Below, piece by piece: positions 54,139-64,000 of a stretch of DNA of 64,000 bases. The DNA lies in assembly GCA_012295275.1 (NCBI GenBank), contig CM022665.1:33294001-33358000 (forward strand), read 5' to 3'. Position numbers and translations under genes: made by a program. Positions within the stretch are counted from its first letter, which is position 1. Each line of letters opens with the position of its first letter. The notes below the pieces were generated by a model. It was given only the letters and a program-made list of their open reading frames with translations. It had not been told where the DNA came from and did not search any database. The DNA comes from Chrysomallon squamiferum (Eukaryota; Animalia; Mollusca).

Positions 54139-55129
54139 TACTACAGTGACTACATTAGCCTAGTGTAGGTTAAAAGTAGTCTCATCTTGTCAGACGTATT
54201 AACCCAAGATATTGAATAATGCACAAAAAATATTACTATTATTGTTATTGTTATTGTTGTTGTTGTTCGTGGGATCGTGGGATACTAAGTGTAACATATT
54301 TATAGATTTTCTGATATTATAGTAATCAAAACAATTTAAGGGTCAGACGTTTTTTTCGGTATTATTTTCTGAATGTCCATTAATGCCAGCTAGATTTTAA
54401 TGCCACACTTGATATTATTTCATATTAAAAAACTGTCACTAAGCAGCCCAGAAATGAATTCAAGTCCACTGTAACTGACATAGTCACCTAGTTTAAGTAG
54501 CCATAACATGCTGACATTAGTCGCTTTATCACACCTTTCTTCATTTGCATAATTTACCTATAAATTGAGCTTACGTAATTCGTCGTACACATTCCAGATT
54601 CGACACTCCAACCATGTCACAGAAGGTCAACACATGACTGATGCACTCGTCTTATGCGATGGCAACGTGTTTAATGAGGTAGAGAATCCAGTTTAGTCTC
54701 ACAGTTTAGTCGCCATTAGGATTGGCCGACAAATCTGACTGACTTGGCTCCAACAGAGGGTGAGATCAGGATCATTATGCACCTCCTGCCAACCCGATCT
54801 GAGTCAACTTCTTGAGGTAGAGCGGCAGAACATTCCTCCGATGGTTGGTTTTAACCCTTTAATTCTTTTGATTAGTATATTTTATAATTTTAGGTTATAT
54901 ATATTTTTTTTTACATTAGTAGCAACCAAATTATATATGTATGTATAGGTACAATTTTCATATTATTTTTATGACTTATTACATAATTATACATTATTAT
55001 TTTCTTTCAAATTTCCAAGATTCCAGTTATTCAACAAGGCCCGTGAAATGTATTCAAGTTTGATCGCACATTGAAGTTTTTTCTTACTGCTTTGTATGTG
55101 TTTCCCAGTGTGAGACATAAATATGTACA

Positions 55130-58100
55130 TCATTTAGCATGATCTGTTGCAGCAAATAAAGAATCTCTGTTCTTTGCTAGTATTGTCCTTTTGCTGAAAA
55201 ACCACTCTATCAACAAAGCTAAGCCAGCTCCTGTTATTCCAACGCCTATCATATAAAAAGCACTCTGTACGTCGATGATACTGATTGGTTTAGCGTTTGT
55301 TGCCAGTGAGCCTCTACAGAAAGCATTCCTTGGCCATAGTCTTTTTTTCCAGATTTGAAGTAAACCGCTTTCGTAGATTTGCAGCATTCTATAAGTAAAT
55401 AAAATTACTCTATTATTAATATAGGAGAAAACTTTGTGTAATGATAGCTGAAAATAATATAAGTATGATCAATTATCGTGACGATTAAGCTTTAAAAAAC
55501 TAGAGGAAGGGAATTCGATAAAACTGCTGAGAAAATCCGGCGCAGTCATTTTGCGCGACGACGATAGTTTTAATATAGATCACTACGTTCTGTCTATTTA
55601 GAAACGATTTAATAACAAAAGCCAATTAAAATATATAAATTAGAAAAAAATATATTTATTTGAAAAATAACTTCACAGAGATAGAAATATTCGGTCTATA
55701 GACAACTAATACAAACTGAGATTTATCGAAAAGAAAGTTCTTAAAGTTTTAGTGTTTAAAATATATTAAATGGATGTTTAAAATTGATACATACTCATTT
55801 CGAAACACCTGTTTATAGGGAGAATTATTAGAAAGACCTATCGCATACTGCATAGGCAGAAACTGTTCCTTAATGATCTGCAAGTCACATTCATCCGCCA
55901 GCCACAGTTCCATCATCGACCTGTCTCCTATGTAAGCATATCTACCTGCTTTAACTTTATGTAGATGCACTGAAACATTTGGACTCAGAACTGTGGGATC
56001 AGTACTATTTGATGATTTTAGACCATTCCATATTTTACGATAAACAGAAAGGTTGGAGCTCTGAAAAAAAAAAAAATAATAATAATTAAAAAAATAAAGC
56101 TGTAACAAAATATATATTTACCAAAACAAACAAAAACTGAAACAAAAAACAAAAACAAGAAAAACTTCTATGGCTACACCAATAACAATGAAGGTGTAGT
56201 AAAAACAATATTTAATTAATAATAAGATTAAAATTCGGTAAATAGTGTTCGTTTAATTAAGATGAATAAGCAAAGTATTCCTTTAAACAACATTTTTAAT
56301 ACTGACTGATATAGAAAAGAAAAATATAGAAAAACAAATATTTAAAATTTTTATTATTATTATTTACTTTAAAAATGAGAGGCCATATGGTTCCTCCTAC
56401 TGTACCCCACGTATACTCATCTTGGTTGACCATTGCCTCCAGTGTATCAAAAGGTAGCTTGTCCTTAGTCACTGTAAGAAATGCAATCAGATTGCCGCTG
56501 TATGTAGCTGCCATGACGATCGAAAATAACCACCACATGCTGACCACAGTCCTGCCAGTTTGAGAATGTGGTAGATGCTCACCACCTTTTTAGACATACC
56601 AGATCAAGTTGAAATAAGAAAACGAAAATATTTTTCAGTGATAAAAGGAGAATATGTATACATGTAACCAGGGTGTATAAGCTGATTTGCTGATTTTGTC
56701 CAAAACAAAATCATTAAGTGGGTTTATCCCGTTATAAATGTAATCTCTTTGAATTTGTTTTAATAATGTAGATATTTAAAAACCGACAACAACAACAACA
56801 ACAACAATAATAATAACAATAATAAGAGAATAGTAAAAAAGAAAAAAAAAAAAGAAAAGTAGAATAGAAATCATTTATTTGTAGCAAAGCACTCTGTCAG
56901 TGAACGTTCCAAATTTCAAAAGGTAATCTGGGAATGTTTACGAGTGACCATCCTTTCGAGCACAGATAATTAGAAACTGGATCCTTATGAATATAGTCTT
57001 TGTATTTTTGTTGTTGTTTTTGTTGTTGTTATTATTTAGTAGTAGTAGTGTAGTAGTAGTAGCAGTGTATCTATTGATTTAGAACAGGGAGAAAAAAATT
57101 AGAGTTAGTGAGATAGATAGATAAACAGACAGATAGAGAGAGCGAGACTGAGATAAGGTAAGAAAGAGAGCAGGAAAGATAGGGAAGGAATAAGAAATAA
57201 ACATAAATGACTTTAATAACCTTGGATCAGTTTGAATAACGATATTCAAATTTTACATGCAAGAACATTAACCTAGATTCTTTTTAATATATTGTTATAG
57301 TTATATATTCTTTTCTTAGGTCGACTCCTACTTTGCTCCCTAACTATACCCCCAGAATTAACTCTAAAGCAAAATTAGAAAACAAATTCAGTGGTGCCTG
57401 TCTTGTAGGGCCACATATGTGGCTTCAGTGTCCTCTCATAAGAGGGACAAAAATTACAGACAGTTTAAAAAAAAAAAAAAAACCAACATATTTACATTTG
57501 TTATTCACATACACCAAACCAGTACCCAGAACAAACATAAATCGTCGTGGCGTGGCATTGACATAGCATAGACCCTTACTACTGGCTAGTTGTAAAAGTA
57601 AACGCACCAGCCGTCAACCCACACCCACTATTATCATAATTTTACATACAACATAAATACACCTTAATATCTGAACATTCAGTCAGATGTATTGTCGAAA
57701 CAAAAGGAATGTTGCCAACAGTATTATAAACCAGTGCAAATATTATTAAACTACATGTAACTGCATGTATGCCCCAAAAAACTGGGTCAAAGTTTAGGCG
57801 AAGTTTAGTGTGCTTTAGCCTTAGATTAAGTTATATACCGCGCCTTCGAGATTCTATATGAGCAAAGTTTTTTATAATGGAAGCAGTGTCAACCGTTCTC
57901 AACAACTCGCATTCGATGCTCATCAAAGTCAGCATATTTAAACGTTTTTCTCCCATCTAATTTCCGGTACCAGCTGGGAGACAATTAAGAACACACTAAT
58001 ATTAATATACACACAAATACATACACCCGGGCCGATTGATTTTTTTTTTTAAAAAGGGGTGGCAGTCAGTTTGCATGGAGTTATATACTGGATCTTTTAT

Positions 58101-58138
58101 CAGTGGGGAAAAAAGAAGAAGAAATTCTCATATATAAA

Positions 58139-58175
<37 letters not shown>

Positions 58176-58363
58176 AATAATAATAATAAAAAACAACAAT
58201 AATAAAAACAATAAAATAAAACATACAAAAACCCCAATAAACATTGGCTAAAAAGTTAGGCGATAATACTGACTAGAACAAGCATATACGCATGCACACG
58301 TACATTCGTACAAGGCTGTAGGTCACTTGCTATAATATTATATTACAAACCTTTCAAAAACCT

Positions 58364-58444
<81 letters not shown>

Positions 58445-59094
58445 ATTATAGAATGGGTCATATCTGATTGCAAAAAATGTTCCTTCATTTATTACAAACA
58501 TCTGAAAGTTGCACTAAGAACTGCATTATTATTCATTAAAAGAAAATGTCTCTACCTTGAGTGAGAAGTGCTCCATACATATACCAGAAAGCATCACTGA
58601 ATATATGACCACCTCGATTTCTTTTTTCAAACTTCCTCTGTAAATAATATGGATTCCATCGCTCCAGAATGTAGAAGAAAAATGTAGTAAACATGAGACT
58701 GACGCCAATGCATAATAAAACATGCCACTTGAATGGATCTATCAGTGTGCGCCATTTTGTTTTGTTAGGGTCAGGTTTCTTTATGAGAACTGTTGTGTAT
58801 TCGTAGAAAAAAGGGAAAATAAAGTCCATAACTTTTTCTCGTTGAGGTTCAGTGGCAATTGGTGCTGCTATAAGATCTACTTCCTGAAAATATTGGTATG
58901 ATAGAGATATTTAAAGCATACATATAGCAGTAACAGACATACGCATTACACACATACGTATGTACATATACAAGCAAGTACATATACATACATACATATT
59001 ATTATACAGAAAAACAGAATGTTTATCTTAATTATATGAAGGTAAGAAATGATAATGAAACTACCGAAGAAACTATGTGTGTGTGTTACTGTGC

Positions 59095-59175
<81 letters not shown>

Positions 59176-61692
59176 TAGTTTTTGAGACAAACGTATATTG
59201 ACAAAAAATCATGGTTAAGAATGTTGTTAAGAGGCGAGCAAAACAGTGTAAAGTTATTCTAAAAACAAATATAAAAATTAATATTAAAATAAAATGTATA
59301 TAAAAAATATAGATAATCTTAATTTTTTTTTTTTTTCAATAATTTGTGACAACTAGGAAACAAAATGCTAAAGCCAACAGTGGGTTACTACTTTTGCACA
59401 GTGATGATGAATAACAAAACAAAATAAATACATGTGTATAAACATTAGCCTTTTCATTTCATTTTATCTAGTCTTACACTTACATACAAGTAATTAAATA
59501 CATAAAATTATAATATTAAATGCAACCGGGATGTAAAAAAAATCTTATTTTATTCCTTATTATAGAAGCATTTAAAAGACAGTATATAAAAACATCTGTA
59601 CTATGAATATCTGTCTATAAATTATTTGATTTTTTTCTATTCCAGTTTAATTTTGAGATTAATTGTTTTAATAGAAATAAAATAATATATAAAATTTTGC
59701 AGAACCATATATGTTTATATTTGGCCTCTATACATAAATACATTACGTATTTGTTTATTGGGAAATTCCATGTCAAATAACAATGTTGCGGATATGGGCC
59801 CTGACATCTTGGTAATCACTTGGTCGATTTTGATGAAGATGGACACTTTACGGTCAGGTATACCCACTTCAAGAGTATTTTACTACTAAACTAAAAATAT
59901 CACACCTCTGAATATTTTAATATGTTGTAGGTAGCATCATGGATTTTAATTTTAAAATGAGATCATTTCAGATCAAGCAGGCCACAAGGTCAAACTGATG
60001 GTCAAGCAAAAGACCAAAAGGTTACAAAATGTAGTTTACACCTAAAAACGAAATATTAAGAAATCTGGAATCCTTATCAAAGTAGCTTTCCACTGACACA
60101 AATTTCACCATAATCGACCCACTGGGTATCAAGATATCAGGGTCACATCCATGTTTTGGCAAAAAGCCCAAATTTGAGGGCCCTCATCTCCAAAAATACA
60201 GCTCAAAATGGAGACGACATGGAATGACCCCTATTTTATTATCTAAACTGAAAAATAATCAATTTACCTCTCTTTGCAACTGCCCAATCAGTCCAGTCCA
60301 AGAACCATTGTGTAGATCACCCCATTCACCATCTTGTGGTTCAGTCAGTTCAAATCTAAACAACAATCATCACGAAATTCAATATAAACATTCATGTTTA
60401 TGTTGCTTGAACTAGATAAAAAGCAGGTCGTTATAATTTCTACTTCAAAAAGAAAAAAAATTTCATTTTACTGAAAACAACGAAAATGAATTTTGAGCGT
60501 TTTGAAAAGAAAAACAAAAAAAGAAAGAAAGAAAAAGAAAAAAGAACATAAAAAGAACCATTTGAAGAAAACTGATGGGAAATACAAAAACAACAAGAAC
60601 TGACAAAGTTTATGTAAAACACAGTTGCTCGACAAAGCAGAATGTGGATTGGAATTACTGTTAGTGCACTGACAAAATGCACAGACATGATGCATTTATG
60701 TGTTTATTCCCGAATCTGGCAGTGCGATTATAACACATCTTAAATGGACACGCCAGTTGTTCTATTTCTGGCATTTTATTTCTCACCTTTACTAATTGGT
60801 CTTCCGTCACCTTAACTGATGGCCCATCAACTTAATTGATGTACTTTTGTTAAACTGTATTTTGTCCACAATTTGTAGGACAATCAGTCACACTCTACGC
60901 AAGAAATGTTTTAGTTTGCGGGACCTTTTTCGCTCTCTGTCGGTACAAGCTGGATTTGATGCCCTCAAACATACTTGTCCTGTGGTGTTGCGTCTCCATA
61001 CCCGGTCAACAACTTCTTCCTCTCCTCTTCATATATCTTTGGGATACTGGTCAGCTCCTCCCGTGCTGGCTTCCGCATGGTGTTGGTCAGTAGGTGGAGA
61101 ACAACTTTACTCTCATCCGAGGAATGGATGTGGTCTTTACCTCTCCTGACCACAGTCCCATCCGGTGTAGCAGTCACAGTGGCAAGGCACCTCGAATACA
61201 AACATCTCCATGGTACCACTTACTAATCCGCTGTGCATACCTATATCCATCAAGTATGAGGTCCACACCTCGTTTTCTGCTGTCCAAAATTTCTCTCTTC
61301 GCAGCCATGATCAAACATAACAAACATCATGACTGTACATTATTTATATAGGTGGTATTTCCTGTCTTCACTGCTCATTAAAGTTAATCTCGTTAATTGC
61401 CCCCTCTGTTCTTCATGCCTCTAAATTAGCCTTAATTGCTCACACCAGTTTTCCCATTTCTGGAAGCGGATTATAACACCTCGCCGATTACATAATCTGG
61501 AGACTGTCAGTTCTGGGAACATACCGTTTTTACTACTGATGTATCCTTATATTGCGATATTAATTAATATATTTGCTTAACCTGAGTTATGGTCATTTGA
61601 AAAATATAGGAAAGAAATCAAATTACTTCTGACGGCACCGAAAACTTATAAAGAAGAAGGAGAATAAGAAAAAAAAAAAATATATATATATA

Positions 61693-61726
<34 letters not shown>

Positions 61727-62067
61727 TCGAGATAAAAAATAATAAATAAATATTACGTGAAGTTCAGCGATTTTGCCATTTCCTTTAACAAATCAATGCA
61801 AAAGCCACTGTATTCTGCAGTACCGTTGCTAACTGTCTTGTTCACAAAAGGAGGCCACTGGAAAAAAAGGGAAATTTTTATTTTATTATTTATTTATTAG
61901 TTTATTATTATAGCAATAAAGAACATAAAAATAATTACATCTTCTTTTTTACACTATTTTATTTTTCTTGGTATATTCGCTTTGCTTTTCTCTTTGAATG
62001 TTTCAATTTTTCTTTTTTAACTGTTAAATAATTCAATTACCCCTCCAGTGATCACACCCTCTCCGGA

Positions 62068-62115
<48 letters not shown>

Positions 62116-62512
62116 ATCATAATAATAACAGTAATAAATATTCATTTCTGATATTTTTTCTTAAGATAACTTACTTTATATATGCTTTAAAATGGCAGAC
62201 AAAAAGAATAAATAATAATAACTGACGTCAAAAGAACAAAGCAAAAGAACAAAGTATTTTGTAATGACAGTTGTTCTAACTGTCATTACAAAATACTGAA
62301 ATGTTTCTAGTGTGTTTACTCACAATATTTGTTGACACTTTAAATTTTCTGTTGTTGAGACCATACTTGGTATTGGGGAAGATATCACTGTACACAGTGA
62401 CTTGACCAGAGTGGTTAATATATCCTACTGAATTCAACTGTCTTGAGCGACCTGGTTTATAATACATTGTTTTCAAATCACAACTCCAGCAAAATGGCCG
62501 CGATTGCATTGT
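55130..62512 (-). CDS. Variant ionotropic glutamate receptor (IR-like); 5' end not resolved
   Basis: Exons (minus): 62324-62512; 61757-61857 WPPFV..YSGFCIDLLKEMAKSLNF; 60268-60355 PQDGEWG..NGSWTGLIGQLQ; 58556-58883 EVDLIAAPIATEPQREKVMDF..M1..FWYMYGALLTQG (pore); 56368-56585 M3 WWLFSIVMAATYSGNLIAFLTV; 55795-56060 S2 YAYIGD; 55130-55388 ESGLLQIWKKRLW..M4. All GT-AG and phase-consistent. Confidence 0.93.
58368..58441. repeat. (GA)n microsatellite
   Basis: Directly visible. Confidence 0.95.
59760..60230. mobile_element. Diverged MITE related to the element at 21484-21917
   Basis: Termini GGGAAATTCCATGTC ... GACATGGAATGACCC share the TIR with the 21.5-kb element, with similar internal motifs (AAGGTCAAA repeats, TTTTGGCAAAAA). 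Confidence 0.65.
60700..61525 (-). mobile_element. Internally deleted, frameshifted MULE (MuDR) element with FLYWCH zinc finger, in an IR intron
   Basis: From ATG 61308: MAAKREILDSRKRGVDLILDGYRY, frameshift, WRCLYSRCLATVT..KDHIH (FLYWCH C2H2)..RKPAREELTSIPKIYEEE, frameshift, FEGIKSSLYRQRAKKVP; no DDE domain follows. Imperfect TIRs TTCCCGAATCTGGCAG / CTGTCAGTTCTGGGAA and subterminal GATTATAACAC repeats. Confidence 0.8.
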
Positions 62513-62824
62513 CTGAAATATCAATTTTCTTTTACTTTTTTTTTAAAATGTTAAAAAAAACACACAAAAAAACACAGAAAACAAACAACGTGTGTGTGTG
62601 TGTGTGTGTGTGATAAACACATCATATATTAATTTTTTACACACATACACGCAAAATTATTTTTTTAGATTATAGAAGATTGTCAGTTTATTTATTAATT
62701 CATTCTAAAAATAAATAAAATAAATAAATAGATAATACATGCAGCCGCTTCACTGATTAATTCTGTTCTCAAATCGTTTTGTTTTTGTTTGTTTTTATTG
62801 GAAAAGAAAACAAGGTAGCGCTTA

Positions 62825-62825
<1 letters not shown>

Positions 62826-62887
<62 letters not shown>

Positions 62888-62940
62888 GTAAAATAAAATA
62901 AAATAAAATAAAATAAAATAAAATAAAATAAAATAATAAT
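62826..62940. repeat. (AAT)n followed by (AAAAT)n simple repeat
   Basis: Directly visible. It generates the spurious poly-Leu ORF 62695-63015. Confidence 0.93.
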
Positions 62941-63467
62941 TATAAAAGGACGTTGAACTAGGTCCAACTGATAATTATTTCGATTAAGATAATGTGAAGT
63001 ACAATTAATATACAAACTAAAACGATTAATTTTATAATACTACCCGTTCGAAATATTTATTAGCGTAATAATTATATCATAACTTCACTCAAGTATTTAA
63101 CATATTAAATAAGCAGTTTATCACGATAATCCTGTCAAAGAGCATGTTATATTCCTTAAAAGTTTAATTTTAATTCGTTCATAATCTAACAGTTATGAAC
63201 TGGCGCGATCATCAGACTGTAATTAAAACGGTTTACCCTCACTTTGCCGGACGCCTGAACAGATTAATGGTAACAGTCCATTGCATGGGATGTTACAGTC
63301 TGTTCCACTAAATACAGGTTGTAATCACTTTATACTTTCCTGATCTAACCTTATCTCTCGATCACAGCTCACATGAAAACTGTTCAAATGAGTAACCTTA
63401 ACTACAGTTGTATCATGATAACACATACACATTCATGTTTATGCGAGTGAGTAATGTTAAACAAAAG

Positions 63468-63500
<33 letters not shown>

Positions 63501-64000
63501 CATGCACACTCTGGCAGTACCAATTCTTGCAGGATGGCAAACGTGCAGGTCAGTTTGTTATAATTTCAACTATGTGAATGATGAATTATTGCCACATGCA
63601 ATAAAATGAACGATGAAGTGATTGAATGATTTTTTTAAAGTTATTTATTGCATTAGACTATACCATAATCACCTATTGTACTAGGGATTAGCGCGCACCA
63701 GTCATTTCTATATAAGAACAATAGTGTCCGGCAAAATGGAGACACCCCAATTAAAATAGGACATACTGGTTTATAACGAATGTACATAATCTAAGTCAGA
63801 GTTTACCGAAGCAAAAGGGTTTTATTTACTTTGATTATGTCTTTTAAACCTAAAATATTTATCAACCCATTTGGTTATTATATTGTTTAATAAACAATTG
63901 CCATTCACGAATAGTTATTCACAAATACGATCGTTTCATTCGCGCGTTGAACCCTGTATATAGAGACTGAGTTTTCTAAAACAATAAAATTACGTCAAAC

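Noticed and set aside
61541-61548. GTATCCTT U12-type 5' splice-site motif
   Set aside because: It is antisense to the IR gene and no plus-strand gene is present, so it is consistent with chance.
63230-63350. Possible upstream coding exon of the IR gene
   Set aside because: The open frame ends in phase 1 but the next exon needs phase 0, and the phase-0 donor frame contains a stop. It could be UTR; left unresolved.
1-64000. Numerous short ORFs rich in CV, TH, LS, I, F, Y or N
   Set aside because: These are translations of microsatellites and poly-A/T tracts.

Overview
Eukaryotic, very AT-rich, microsatellite-rich animal DNA, probably invertebrate and possibly molluscan (inferred from gene and repeat content). 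Most entries in the ORF track are spurious because the real genes are spliced. By joining GT-AG exons by hand with consistent reading phases I recover six protein-coding genes: pyridoxal kinase PDXK (-, 10 coding exons, 300 aa); a stand-alone SRA/YDG 5mC-reader gene head-to-head with it (+, 9 exons, 313 aa); an NHL-repeat beta-propeller gene (-); the minor-spliceosome U11/U12-65K gene RNPC3 with an intronless CDS (+); an MCFD2-like secretory EF-hand protein with a Gln-rich repeat tail (+); and a variant ionotropic (IR/iGluR) receptor (-, 5' end unresolved). Interspersed are a hAT MITE carrying a nested Tc2/pogo-like MITE, a second copy of that MITE with an internal triplication, other MITEs, and decayed DIRS, Nimb/I-LINE, pogo and MULE-FLYWCH fragments. 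The strongest novelty candidate is the SRA-only protein: no UHRF1 Ubl/TTD/PHD/RING domains, an extended finger loop resembling fungal SRA-only proteins, and an N-terminal helix plus RRSxR motif resembling CDCA7/WDR76. This suggests an uncharacterised methyl-DNA-to-remodeler adaptor in an animal (a hypothesis, not demonstrated). The sequence also records germline CpG methylation.
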